A stretch of DNA of 64,000 nt from Eledone cirrhosa. Taxonomy: Eukaryota. The position numbers were made by a program, and so were the translations under genes. The notes beneath the pieces are model-generated. The model worked only from the letters and a program-made list of their open reading frames with translations. It did not search any database and had not been told where the DNA came from. The stretch spans positions 246,078,001-246,142,000 of the forward strand of contig OZ024741.1 in the NCBI GenBank assembly GCA_964016885.1, given 5' to 3'. Shown here piece by piece: positions 26,701 to 40,912 of the stretch. How positions within the stretch are numbered: position 1 is the stretch's first letter; the number at the start of each line of letters is the position of its first letter.

Positions 26701-29700
26701 TCCCCTTGGACGGCTGGAAATTATCTCCCCTTGGACGGCTAGAAATTATCTCTCCTTGGACGGCTGAAAATTATCTCCCCTTGGACGGCTGCAAATTATC
26801 TCCCCTTGATTTTTTTTACAAATTATCTCCCCCTGATTTTTTTTACAAATTATCTCCCCCTGATTTTTTTTACAAATTATCTACCCCTGATTTTTTTTAC
26901 AAATTATCTCCCCCTGATTTTTTTTACAAATTATCTCCCCCTGATTTTTTTTTACAAATTATCTCCCCCTGATTTTTTTTTACAAATTATCTCCCCCTGA
27001 TTTTTTTTTTACAAATTATCTCCCCCTGATTTTTTTACAAATTATCTCCCCCTGATTTTTTTTACAATCTCCGCCTGATTTTTTTAAAGATTATCTTCCC
27101 TTGGCTGGCGGGAAATTATCTCCCCTTGGACGGCTGGAAATTATCTCCCCTTGGAAGGATGGAAATTATCTCCCCTGGGACGGCTGGAAATTATCTCCCC
27201 TTGCACGGCTGGAAATTATCTCCCCTTGGCTGGAAATTATCTCCCCTTGGACGGCTAGAAATTATCTCTCTTTGGACGGCTGGAAATTATCTCCCTTTGA
27301 TTTTTTTTACAAATTATCTCCCTCTGATTTTTTTTACAAATCTCCCCCTGATTTTTTTAAAAAAATTATCTCCCCTTCGCTGGCTGGAAATTATCTTCCC
27401 TTGGACGGCTGGAAATTATCTCCCCTTGATTTTTTTTACAAATTATCTCCGCCTGATTTTTTTTTTAAATTATCTCTCCTTGGACGGCTGGAAATTATCT
27501 CCCCTTGATTCTTTTTACAAATAATCTCCCCCTGATTTTTTTTTATAAATTATCTCCCCCTGATTTTTTTTTACAAATTATCTACCCCTGATTTTTTTTT
27601 ACAAATTATCTCCCCCTGATTTTTTTTACAAATTATCTCCCCCTGATTTTTCTTTTACAAATTATCTCCCCCTGATTTTTTTTACAAATTGTCTCCGCCT
27701 GATTTTTTTAAATATTATCTTCCCTTGGCTGGCGGGAAATTACCTCCCCTTGGACGGCTGGAAATTATCTGCCCTTGATTTTCTTTTTACAAATTATCTT
27801 CCACTGATTTTTTTTACAAATTATCTCCACCTGATTTTTTAAAAAATTATCTCCCCTTGGAAGGCTGGAAATTATCTCCCCTTGGCTGGAAATTATCTCC
27901 CCTTGGACGGCTAGAAATTATCTCTCTTTGGACGGCTGGAAATTATCACCCCTTGAGTTTTTTACAAATTATCTCCCCCTGATTTTTTTTACAAATCTCC
28001 CAGTGATTTTTTAAAAAAAATTATCTCCCCTTCGCTGGCTGGAAATTATCTCCCCTTGGACGCTGGAAATTATAGCCCCTTGGAGGGCTGGAAATTATCT
28101 TCCCTTGGACGGCTGGAAATTATCTCCCCTTGATTTTTTTTACAAATTATCTCCCCCTGATTTTTTTTTACAAATTATCTCCCCCTGATGTTTTTTTACA
28201 ACTTATCTGCGCCTGATTTTTTTAAAAAAATTATCTCCCCTTGGACGGCTGGAAATTATCTCCCCTTGGACGGCTGGAAATTATCTCTCCTTGGACGGCT
28301 AGAATTTACCTCTCCTTGGACGGCTGAAAATTATCTCCCCTTGGACGGCTGGAAATTATCTGCCCTTGATTTTTTTTACAAATTATCTCCCCCTTTTTTT
28401 TTTTTACAAATTATCTCCCCCTGATTTTTTTTTACAAATTATCTCCCCCTGATTTTTTTTTACAAATTATCTCCCCCTGATTTTTTTTACAAATTATCTC
28501 CCCCCTGATTTTTTTACAAATTATCTCCCCTTGGCTGGTTGGAAATTATCTCCCCTTGGAGGCTGGAACTTATCTCCCCTTGGACGGCTAGAAATTACCT
28601 CTCCTTGGACGGATGGAAAATATGTCTCCTTGGACGGCTGGATATTATCTCCCCTTGGACGGCTGGAAATTATCTCCCCTTGGTCGGCTGGAAATTATCT
28701 CCCCTTGGATGGCTAGATATTACCTCCCCTTGGACGGCTGGAAATTATCTCCCCTTGATTTTTTTAACAAATTATCTCCCCCTGATTTTTTTTTACAAAT
28801 TATCTCCCCCTGATTTTTTTTAAAAAATTATCTCCCCCTGATTTTTGTTTACAAATTATCTCCGCCTGATTTTTTTTAACAAATTATCTCCCCTTGGACG
28901 GCTGGAAATTATCTCCCCTTGGACGGCTGGAAATTATATCTCCTTGGACGGCTAGAATTTACCTCTCCTTGGACGGCTGAAAATTATCTCCCCTTGGACG
29001 GCTGGAAATTATCTCCCCTTGATTTTTTCTACAAATTATCTCCCCCTGATTTTTTTTTACAAATTATCTCCCCCTGATTTTTTTTTACAAATTATCTCCC
29101 CCTGATTTTTTTTTACAAATTATCTCCCCCTGATTTTTTTACAAATTATCTCCCCTTGGCTGGCTGGAAATTATCTCCCCTTGGAGGCTGGAACTTATCT
29201 CCCCTTGGACGGCTAGAAATTACCTCTCCTTGGACGGCTGGAAAATATGTCTCCTTGGACGGCTGGATATTATCTCCCCTTGGACGGCTGGAAATTATCT
29301 CCCCTTGGACGGCTGGAAATTATCTCCCCTTGGATGGCTAGATATTACCTCCCCTTGGACGGCTGGAAATTATCTCCCCTTGATTTTTTTTACAAATTAT
29401 CTCCCCCTGATTTTTTTTTACAAACTATCTCCCCCTGATTTTTTTTTACAAATTATCTCCCCCTGATTTTTGTTTACAAATTATCTACGCCTGATTTTTT
29501 TTTAAAAATTATCTCCCCTTGGACGGCTGGAAATTATCTCCCCTTGGACGGCTAGAAATTACCTCTCCTTGGACGGCTGAAAATTATCTCCCCTTGGACG
29601 GCTGGAAATTATCTCCCCTTGATTTTTTTACAAATTATCTCCCCCTGATTTTTTTTTTACAAATTATCTCCCCCTGATTTTTTTTTACAAATTATCTACC

Positions 29701-32700
29701 CCTGATTTTTTTTTACAAATTATCTCCCCCTGATTTTTTTTTACAAATTATCTACCCCTGATTTTTTTTACAAATTATCTCCCCCTGATTTTTTTTACAA
29801 ATTATCTCCCCCTGATTTTTTTTTTACAAATTATCTCCCCCTGATTTTTTTACAAATTATCTCCCCCTGATTTTTTTTACAAATTATCTCCGCCGGATTT
29901 TTTTAAATATTATCTTCCCTTGGCTTGCGGGAAATTATCTCCCCTTGGACGGCTGAAAATTATCTCCCCTTGGACGGCTGGAAATTATCTCCCCTTGATA
30001 TTTTACAAATTATCTCCCCCTGATTTTTTTTTACAAATTATCTCCCCCTGATTTTTTTTACAAATTATCTCCCCCTGATTTTTTTTTACAAATTATCTCC
30101 CCCTGATTTTTTTTACAAATTATCTCCCCCTGATTTTTTTTACAAATTATCTCCCCCTGATTTTTTTTTACAAATTATCTCCCCCTGATTTTTTTACAAA
30201 TTATCCCCCCCTGATTTTTTTTACAAATTATCTCCGCCTGATTTTTTAAAATATTATCTTCCCTTGGCTGGCGGGAAATTATCTCCCCTTGGACGGCTGG
30301 AAATTATCTGCCCTTGATTTTCTTTTTACAAATTAACTTCCACTGATTTTTTTTACAAATTATCTCCACCTGATTTTTTTAAAAATTATCTCCCCTTGGA
30401 AGGCTGGAAATCATCTCCCCTTGGCTGGAAATTATCTCCCCTTGGACGGCTAGAAATTATCTCTCTTTGGACGGCTGGAAATTATCACCCCTTGAGTTTT
30501 TTACAAATTATCTCCCCCTGATTTTTTTTACAAATCTCCCAGTGATTTTTAAAAAAAAATTATCTTCCCTTCGCTGGCTCGAAATTATCTCCCCTTGGAC
30601 GCTGGAAATTATAGCCCCTTGGAGGGCTGGAAATTATCTTCCCTTGGACGGCTGGAAATTATCTCCCCTTGATTTTTTTTACAAATTATCTCCGCCTGAT
30701 TTTTTTTTACAAATTATCTCCCCCTGATTTTTTTTTACAAATTATCTACCCCTGATTTTTTTTTACAAATTATCTCCCCCTGATTTTTTTTACAAATTAT
30801 CTCCCCCTGATTTTTCTTTTACAAATTATCTCCCCCTGATTTTTTTTACAAATTGTCTCCGCCTGATTTTTTTAAATATTATCTCCCCTGGGACGGCTGG
30901 AAATTATCTCCCCTTGCACGGCTGGAAATTATCTCCCCTTGGCTGGAAATTATCTCCCCTTGGACGGCTAGAAATTATCTCTCTTTGGACGGCTGGAAAT
31001 TATCTCCCTTTGATTTTTTTTACAAATTATCTCCCTCTGATTTTTTTTACAAATCTCCCCCTGATTTTTTTAAAAAAATTATCTCCCCTTCGCTGGCTGG
31101 AAATTATCTTCCCTTGGACGGCTGGAAATTATCTCCCCTTGATTTTTTTTACAAATTATCTCCGCCTGATTTTTTTTTTAAATTATCTCTCCTTGGACGG
31201 CTGGAAATTATCTCCCCTTGATTCTTTTTACAAATAATCTCCCCCTGATTTTTTTTTATAAATTATCTCCCCCTGATTTTTTTTTACAAATTATCTACCC
31301 CTGATTTTTTTTTACAAATTATCTCCCCCTGATTTTTTTTACAAATTATCTCCCCCTGATTTTTCTTTTACAAATTATCTCCCCCTGATTTTTTTTACAA
31401 ATTGTCTCCGCCTGATTTTTTTAAATATTATCTTCCCTTGGCTGGCGGGAAATTACCTCCCCTTGGACGGCTGGAAATTATCTGCCCTTGATTTTCTTTT
31501 TACAAATTATCTTCCACTGATTTTTTTTACAAATTATCTCCACCTGATTTTTTAAAAAATTATCTCCCCTTGGAAGGCTGGAAATTATCTCCCCTTGGCT
31601 GGAAATTATCTCCCCTTGGACGGCTAGAAATTATCTCTCTTTGGACGGCTGGAAATTATCACCCCTTGAGTTTTTTACAAATTATCTCCCCCTGATTTTT
31701 TTTACAAATCTCCCAGTGATTTTTTAAAAAAAATTATCTCCCCTTCGCTGGCTGGAAATTATCTCCCCTTGGACGCTGGAAATTATAGCCCCTTGGAGGG
31801 CTGGAAATTATCTTCCCTTGGACGGCTGGAAATTATCTCCCCTTGATTTTTTTTACAAATTATCTCCCCCTGATTTTTTTTTACAAATTATCTCCCCCTG
31901 ATGTTTTTTTACAACTTATCTGCGCCTGATTTTTTTAAAAAAATTATCTCCCCTTGGACGGCTGGAAATTATCTCCCCTTGGACGGCTGGAAATTATCTC
32001 TCCTTGGACGGCTAGAATTTACCTCTCCTTGGACGGCTGAAAATTATCTCCCCTTGGACGGCTGGAAATTATCTGCCCTTGATTTTTTTTACAAATTATC
32101 TCCCCCTTTTTTTTTTTTACAAATTATCTCCCCCTGATTTTTTTTTACAAATTATCTCCCCCTGATTTTTTTTTACAAATTATCTCCCCCTGATTTTTTT
32201 TACAAATTATCTCCCCCCTGATTTTTTTACAAATTATCTCCCCTTGGCTGGTTGGAAATTATCTCCCCTTGGAGGCTGGAACTTATCTCCCCTTGGACGG
32301 CTAGAAATTACCTCTCCTTGGACGGATGGAAAATATGTCTCCTTGGACGGCTGGATATTATCTCCCCTTGGACGGCTGGAAATTATCTCCCCTTGGTCGG
32401 CTGGAAATTATCTCCCCTTGGATGGCTAGATATTACCTCCCCTTGGACGGCTGGAAATTATCTCCCCTTGATTTTTTTAACAAATTATCTCCCCCTGATT
32501 TTTTTTTACAAATTATCTCCCCCTGATTTTTTTTAAAAAATTATCTCCCCCTGATTTTTGTTTACAAATTATCTCCGCCTGATTTTTTTTAACAAATTAT
32601 CTCCCCTTGGACGGCTGGAAATTATCTCCCCTTGGACGGCTGGAAATTATATCTCCTTGGACGGCTAGAATTTACCTCTCCTTGGACGGCTGAAAATTAT

Positions 32701-35700
32701 CTCCCCTTGGACGGCTGGAAATTATCTCCCCTTGATTTTTTCTACAAATTATCTCCCCCTGATTTTTTTTTACAAATTATCTCCCCCTGATTTTTTTTTA
32801 CAAATTATCTCCCCCTGATTTTTTTTTACAAATTATCTCCCCCTGATTTTTTTACAAATTATCTCCCCTTGGCTGGCTGGAAATTATCTCCCCTTGGAGG
32901 CTGGAACTTATCTCCCCTTGGACGGCTAGAAATTACCTCTCCTTGGACGGCTGGAAAATATGTCTCCTTGGACGGCTGGATATTATCTCCCCTTGGACGG
33001 CTGGAAATTATCTCCCCTTGGACGGCTGGAAATTATCTCCCCTTGGATGGCTAGATATTACCTCCCCTTGGACGGCTGGAAATTATCTCCCCTTGATTTT
33101 TTTTACAAATTATCTCCCCCTGATTTTTTTTTACAAACTATCTCCCCCTGATTTTTTTTTACAAATTATCTCCCCCTGATTTTTGTTTACAAATTATCTA
33201 CGCCTGATTTTTTTTTAAAAATTATCTCCCCTTGGACGGCTGGAAATTATCTCCCCTTGGACGGCTAGAAATTACCTCTCCTTGGACGGCTGAAAATTAT
33301 CTCCCCTTGGACGGCTGGAAATTATCTCCCCTTGATTTTTTTACAAATTATCTCCCCCTGATTTTTTTTTTACAAATTATCTCCCCCTGATTTTTTTTTA
33401 CAAATTATCTACCCCTGATTTTTTTTTACAAATTATCTCCCCCTGATTTTTTTTTACAAATTATCTACCCCTGATTTTTTTTACAAATTATCTCCCCCTG
33501 ATTTTTTTTACAAATTATCTCCCCCTGATTTTTTTTTTACAAATTATCTCCCCCTGATTTTTTTACAAATTATCTCCCCCTGATTTTTTTTACAAATTAT
33601 CTCCGCCGGATTTTTTTAAATATTATCTTCCCTTGGCTTGCGGGAAATTATCTCCCCTTGGACGGCTGAAAATTATCTCCCCTTGGACGGCTGGAAATTA
33701 TCTCCCCTTGATATTTTACAAATTATCTCCCCCTGATTTTTTTTTACAAATTATCTCCCCCTGATTTTTTTTACAAATTATCTCCCCCTGATTTTTTTTT
33801 ACAAATTATCTCCCCCTGATTTTTTTTACAAATTATCTCCCCCTGATTTTTTTTACAAATTATCTCCCCCTGATTTTTTTTTACAAATTATCTCCCCCTG
33901 ATTTTTTTACAAATTATCCCCCCCTGATTTTTTTTACAAATTATCTCCGCCTGATTTTTTAAAATATTATCTTCCCTTGGCTGGCGGGAAATTATCTCCC
34001 CTTGGACGGCTGGAAATTATCTGCCCTTGATTTTCTTTTTACAAATTAACTTCCACTGATTTTTTTTACAAATTATCTCCACCTGATTTTTTTAAAAATT
34101 ATCTCCCCTTGGAAGGCTGGAAATCATCTCCCCTTGGCTGGAAATTATCTCCCCTTGGACGGCTAGAAATTATCTCTCTTTGGACGGCTGGAAATTATCA
34201 CCCCTTGAGTTTTTTACAAATTATCTCCCCCTGATTTTTTTTACAAATCTCCCAGTGATTTTTAAAAAAAAATTATCTTCCCTTCGCTGGCTCGAAATTA
34301 TCTCCCCTTGGACGCTGGAAATTATAGCCCCTTGGAGGGCTGGAAATTATCTTCCCTTGGACGGCTGGAAATTATCTCCCCTTGATTTTTTTTACAAATT
34401 ATCTCCCCCTGATTTTTTTTTACAAATTATCTCCCCCTGATTTTTTTTACAAATTATCTCCGCCGGATTTTTTTAAATATTATCTTCCCTTGGCTTGCGG
34501 GAAATTATCTCCCCTTGGACGGCTGAAAATTATCTCCCCTTGGACGGCTGGAAATTATCTCCCCTTGATTTTTTTTACAAATTATCTCCCCCTGATTTTT
34601 TTTTACAAATTATCTCCCCCTGATTTTTTTTACAAATTATCTCCCCCTGATTCTTTTTACAAATTATCTCCCCCTGATTTTTTTTACAAATTATCTCCCC
34701 CTGATTTTTTTTACAAATTATCTCCCCCTGATTTTTTTTTACAAATTATCTCCCCCTGATTTTTTTACAAATTATCCCCCCCTGCTTTTTTTTACAAATT
34801 ATCTCCGCCTGATTTTTTAAAATATTATCTTCCCTTGGCTGGCGGGAAATTATCTCCCCTTGGACGGCTGGAAATTATCTGCCCTTGATTTTCTTTTTAC
34901 AAATTAACTTCCTCTGATTTTTTTTACAAATTATCTCCACCTGATTTTTTTAAAAATTATCTCCCCTTGGAAGGCTGGAAATTATCTCCCCTTGGCTGGA
35001 AATTATCTCCCCTTGGACGGCTAGAAATTATCTCTCTTTGGACGGCTGGAAATTATCACCCCTTGAGTTTTTTACAAATTATCTCCCCCTGATTTTTTTT
35101 ACAAATCTCCCAGTGATTTTTAAAAAAAAATTATCTTCCCTTCGCTGGCTGGAAATTATCTCCCCTTGGACGCTGGAAATTATAGCCCCTTGGAGGGCTG
35201 GAAATTATCTTCCCTTGGACGGCTGGAAATTATCTCCCCTTGATTTTTTTTACAAATTATCTCCCCCTGATTTTTTTTTACAAATTATCTCCCCCTGATT
35301 TTTTTTTACAACTTATCTGCGCCTGATTTTTTTAAAAAAATTATCTCCCCTTGGACGGCTGGAAATTATCTCCCCTTGGACGGCTGGAAATTATCTCTCC
35401 TTGGACGGCTAGAATTTACCTCTCCTTGGACGGCTGAAAATTATCTCCCCTTGGACGGCTGGAAATTATCTCCCCTTGATTTTTTTTACAAATTATCTCC
35501 CCCTGATTTTTTTTTACAAATTATCTCCCCCTGATTTTTTTTTACAAATTATCTCCCCCTGATTTTTTTTTACAAATTATCTCCCCCTGATTTTTTTTAC
35601 AAATTATCTCCCCCTGATTTTTTTTTACAAATTATCTCCCCCTGATTTTTTTTTACAAATTATCTCCGCCTGATTTTTTTTTAAAAATTACCTCCCCTTG

Positions 35701-36985
35701 GACGGCTGGAAATTATCTCCCCTTGGACGGCTGGAAATTATCTCCCCTTGGACGGCTAGAAATTATCTCTCCTTGGACGGCTGAAAATTATCTCCCCTTG
35801 GACGGCTGCAAATTATCTCCCCTTGATTTTTTTTACAAATTATCTCCCCCTGATTTTTTTTACAAATTATCTCCCCCTGATTTTTTTTACAAATTATCTA
35901 CCCCTGATTTTTTTTACAAATTATCTCCCCCTGATTTTTTTTTACAAATTATCTCCCCCTGATTTTTCTTTTACAAATTATCTCCCCCTGATTTTTCTTT
36001 TACAAATTATCTCCCCCTGATTTTTTTACAAAGTATCTCCCCCTGATTTTTTTTACAATCTCCGCCTGATTTTTTTAAAAATTATCTTCCCTTGGCTGGC
36101 GGGAAATTATCTCCCCTTGGACGGCTGGAAATTATCTCCCCTTTGAAGGATGGAAATTATCTCCCCTTGGACGGCTGGAAATTATCTCCCCTTGCACGGC
36201 TGGAAATTATCTCCCCTTGGACGGCTAGAAATTATCTCTCTTTGGACGGCTGGAAATTATCTCCCTTTGATTTTTTTTACAAATTATCTCCCTCTGATTT
36301 TTTTTACAAATCTCCCCCTGATTTTTTAAAAAAAATTATCTCCCCTTCGCTGGCTGGAAATTATCTCCCCTTGGACACTGGAAATTATAGCCCCTTGGAG
36401 GGCTGGAAATTATCTTCCCCTGGACGGCTGGAAATTATCTCCCCCTGATTTTTTTTACAAATTATCTCCGCCTTATTTTTTAAAAAAATTATCTCTCCTT
36501 GGACGGCTGGAAATTATCTCCCCTTGATTTTTTTTACAAATAATCTCCCCCTGATTTTTTTTTACAAATTATCTCCCCCTGATTTTTTTTTACAAATTAT
36601 CTACCCCTGATTTTTTTTTACAAATTATCTCCCCCTGATTTTTTACAAATTATCTCCCCCTGATTTTTCTTTTACAAATTATCTCCCCCTGATTTTTTTT
36701 ACAAATTATCTCCGCCTGATTTTTTTAAATATTATCTTCCCTTGGCTGGCGGGAAATTATCTCCCCTTGGACGGCTGGAAATTATCTGCCCTTGATTTTC
36801 TTTTTACAAATTATCTTCCACTGATTTTTTTTACAAATTATCTCCACCTGATTTTTTAAAAAATTATCTCCCCTTGGAAGGCTGGAAATTATCTCCCCTT
36901 GGCTGGAAATTATCTCCCCTTGGACGGCTAGAAATTATCTCTCTTTGTACGGCTGGAAATTATCACCCCTTGAGTTTTTTACAAA
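17701..36985 (+). repeat. ~15.5-kb higher-order unit, copy 2, expanded to ~19.3 kb by an internal 3713-bp duplication
   Basis: Collinear with 2210-17700. After the internal duplication the offset becomes 19279 (=15566+3713), e.g. 15103->34382, 16813->36092 and the TTTGTACGG marker 17668->36947. Confidence 0.92.
27170..34400 (+). repeat. 3713-bp-period duplication (27170-30690 / 30883-34400) with ~190-bp patchwork filler
   Basis: Marker TCCCCTGGGACGG occurs at 27171 and 30884. ORFs 28188->31901, 28531->32244, 29156->32869 and 30467->34180 are all offset by 3713. Confidence 0.92.
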
Positions 36986-37489
36986 TTATCTCCCCCTGAT
37001 TTTTTTTACAAATCTCCCAGTGTTTTTTAAAAAAAATTATCTCCCCTTGGCTGGCTGGAAATTATCTCCCCTTGGACGCTGGAAATTATAGCCCCTTGGA
37101 GGGCTGGAAATTATCTTCCCTTGGACGGCTGGAAATTATCTCCCCTTGATTTTTTTTACAAATTATCTCCCCCTGATTTTTTTTTACAAAATATCTCCCC
37201 CTGATTTTTTTTTACAACTTATCTGCGCCTGATTTTTTTAAAAAAATTATCTTCCCTTGGACGGCTGGAAATTATCTCCCCTTGGACGGCTGGAAATTAT
37301 CTCTCCTTGGACGGCTAGAATTTACCTCTCCTTGGACGGCTGAAAATTATCTCCCCTTGGACGGCTGGAAATTATCTCCCCTTGATTTTTTTTACAAATT
37401 ATCTCCCCCTGATTTTTTTTTACAAATTATCTCCCCCTGATTTTTTTTTACAAATTATCTCCCCCTGATTTTTTTTTACAAATTATCTC

Positions 37490-40400
37490 CCCCTGATTTT
37501 TTTTACAAATTATTTTCCCCTGATTTTTTTACAAATTATCTCCCCTTGGCTGGCTGGAAATTATCTCCCCTTGGAGGCTGGAACTTATGTCCCCTTGGAC
37601 GGCTAGAAATTACCTCTCCTTGGACGGCTGGAAAATATGTCTCCTTGGACGGCTGGATATTATCTCCCCTTGGACGGCTGGAAATTATCTCCCCTTGGAC
37701 GGTTGGAAATTATCTCCCCTTGGATGGCTAGATATTACCTCCCCTTGGACGGCTGGAAATTATCTCCCCTTGATTTTTTTTACAAATTATCTCCCCCTGA
37801 TTTTTTTTTACAAATTATCTCCCCCTGATTTTTTTTTACAAATTATCTCCCCCTGATTTTTGTTTACAAATTATCTCCGCCTGATTTTTTTTTTAAAATT
37901 ATCTCCCCTTGGACGGCTGGAAATTATCTCCCCTTGGACGGCTAGAAATTACCTCTCCTTGGACGGCTGAAAATTATCTCCCCTTGGACGGCTGGAAATT
38001 ATCTCCCCTTGATTTTTTTACAAATTATCTCCCCCTGATTTTTTTTTTACAAATTATCTCCCCCTGATTTTTTTTTTACAAATTATCTCCCCCTGATTTT
38101 TTTTTACAAATTATCTACCCCTGATTTTTTTAACAAATTATCTCCCCCTGATTTTTTTTACAAATTATCTCCCCCTGATTTTTTTTTACAAATTATCTCC
38201 CCCTAATTTTTTTACAAATTATCTCCCCCTGATTTTTTTTACAAATTATCTCCGCCTGATTTTTTTAAATATTATCTTCCCTTGGCTGGCGGGAAATTAT
38301 CTCCCCTTGGACGGCTGAAAATTATCTCCCCTTGGACGGCTGGAAATTATCTCCCCTTGATTTTTTTTACAAATTATCTCCCCCTGATTTTTTTTTACAA
38401 ATTATCTCCCCCTGATTTTTTTACAAATTATCTCCCCCTGATTTTTTTTTACAAATTATCTCCCCCTGATTTTTTTTACAAATTATCTCCCTCTGATTTT
38501 TTTACAAATTATCTCCCCCTGATTTTTTTTACAAATTATCTCCCTCTGATTTTTTTACAAATTATCTCCCCTTGGCTGGCTGGAAATTATCTCCCCTTGG
38601 ACGGCTAGAAATTACCTCTCCTTGGACGGCTGGAAAATATGTCTCCTTGGACGGCTGGATATTATCTCCCCTTGGACGGCTGGAAATTATCTCCCCTTGG
38701 ACGGCTGGAAATTATCTCCCCTTGGACGGATAGATATTACCTCCCCTTGGACGGCTGGAAATTATCTCCCCTTGATTTTTTTACAAATTATCTCCCCCTG
38801 ATTTATTTTACAAATCTCCCAATGATTTTAAAAAAAAAATTATCTCCCCTTCGCTGGCTGGAAATTATCTCCCCTTGGACGCTGGAAATTATAGCCCCTT
38901 GGAGGGCTGGAAATTATCTTCCCTTGGACGGCTGGAAATTATCTCCCCTTGATTTTTTTTACAAATTATCTCCCCCTGATTTTTTTTACAAATTATCTCC
39001 CCCTGATTTTTTTTACAAATTATCTACCCCTGATTTTTTTTTACAAATTATCTCCCTCTGATTTTTTTTACAAATTATTTTCCCCTGATTTTTTTACAAA
39101 TTATCTCCCCTTGGCTGGCTGGAAATTATCTCCCCTTGGAGGCTGGAACTTATGTCCCCTTGGACGGCTAGAAATTACCTCTCCTTGGACGGCTGGAAAA
39201 TATGTCTCCTTGGACGGCTGGATATTATCTCCCCTTGGACGGCTGGAAATTATCTCCCCTTGGACGGTTGGAAATTATCTCCCCTTGGATGGCTAGATAT
39301 TACCTCCCCTTGGACGGCTGGAAATTATCTCCCCTTGATTTTTTTTACAAATTATCTCCCCCTGATTTTTTTTTACAAATTATCTCCCCCTGATTTTTTT
39401 TTACAAATTATCTCCCCCTGATTTTTGTTTACAAATTATCTCCGCCTGATTTTTTTTTTAAAATTATCTCCCCTTGGACGGCTGGAAATTATCTCCCCTT
39501 GGACGGCTAGAAATTACCTCTCCTTGGACGGCTGAAAATTATCTCCCCTTGGACGGCTGGAAATTATCTCCCCTTGATTTTTTTAAAAATTATCTCCCCC
39601 TGATTTTTTTTTTACAAATTATCTCCCCCTGATTTTTTTTTTACAAATTATCTCCCCCTGATTTTTTTTTACAAATTATCTACCCCTGATTTTTTTAACA
39701 AATTATCTCCCCCTGATTTTTTTTACAAATTATCTCCCCCTGATTTTTTTTTACAAATTATCTCCCCCTAATTTTTTTACAAATTATCTCCCCCTGATTT
39801 TTTTTACAAATTATCTCCGCCTGATTTTTTTAAATATTATCTTCCCTTGGCTGGCGGGAAATTATCTCCCCTTGGACGGCTGAAAATTATCTCCCCTTGG
39901 ACGGCTGGAAATTATCTCCCCTTGATTTTTTTTACAAATTATCTCCCCCTGATTTTTTTTTACAAATTATCTCCCCCTGATTTTTTTACAAATTATCTCC
40001 CCCTGATTTTTTTTTACAAATTATCTCCCCCTGATTTTTTTTACAAATTATCTCCCTCTGATTTTTTTACAAATTATCTCCCCCTGATTTTTTTTACAAA
40101 TTATCTCCCTCTGATTTTTTTACAAATTATCTCCCCTTGGCTGGCTGGAAATTATCTCCCCTTGGACGGCTAGAAATTACCTCTCCTTGGACGGCTGGAA
40201 AATATGTCTCCTTGGACGGCTGGATATTATCTCCCCTTGGACGGCTGGAAATTATCTCCCCTTGGACGGCTGGAAATTATCTCCCCTTGGACGGATAGAT
40301 ATTACCTCCCCTTGGACGGCTGGAAATTATCTCCCCTTGATTTTTTTACAAATTATCTCCCCCTGATTTATTTTACAAATCTCCAAATGATTTTAAAAAA

Positions 40401-40615
40401 AAAATTATCTCCCCTTCGCTGGCTGGAAATTATCTCCCCTTGGACGCTGGAAATTATAGCCCCTTGGAGGGCTGGAAATTATCTTCCCTTGGACGGCTGG
40501 AAATTATCTCCCCTTGATTTTTTTTACAAATTATCTCCCCCTGATTTTTTTTACAAATTATCTCCCCCTGATTTTTTTTACAAATTATCTACCCCTGATT
40601 TTTTTTACAAATTAT
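37490..40615 (+). repeat. 1565-bp tandem duplication
   Basis: Marker TATTTTCCCC occurs at 37511/39076, and the GACGGTTGG and CCCCCTAATT variants are in both copies. ORFs 37587->39152, 38282->39847 and 38639->40204 share the offset. Confidence 0.92.
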
Positions 40616-40765
40616 CTCCCCCTGATTTTTTTTTACAAATTATCTCCCCCTGATTTTTTTTTACAAATTATCTCCCCCTGATTTTTTTACAAATTATCTC
40701 CCCCTGATTTTTTTTACAATCTCCGCCTGATTTTTTTAAAAATTATCTTCCCCTGGCTGGCTGGA

Positions 40766-40912
40766 AATTATCTCCCCTTGGACACTGGAAATTATAGCCC
40801 CTTGGAGGGCTGGAAATTATCTTCCCTTGGACGGCTGGAAATTATCTCCCCTTGGACACTGGAAATTATAGCCCCTTGGAGGGCTGGAAATTATCTTCCC
40901 TTGGACGGCTGG
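40766..40912 (+). repeat. 74-bp (three-monomer, 24+25+25) tandem duplication; repeated at ~50296-50442
   Basis: The GACACTGG...TATAGCCCC...GAGGG...TCTTCCC trimer starts at 40781 and again at 40855. Confidence 0.9.
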
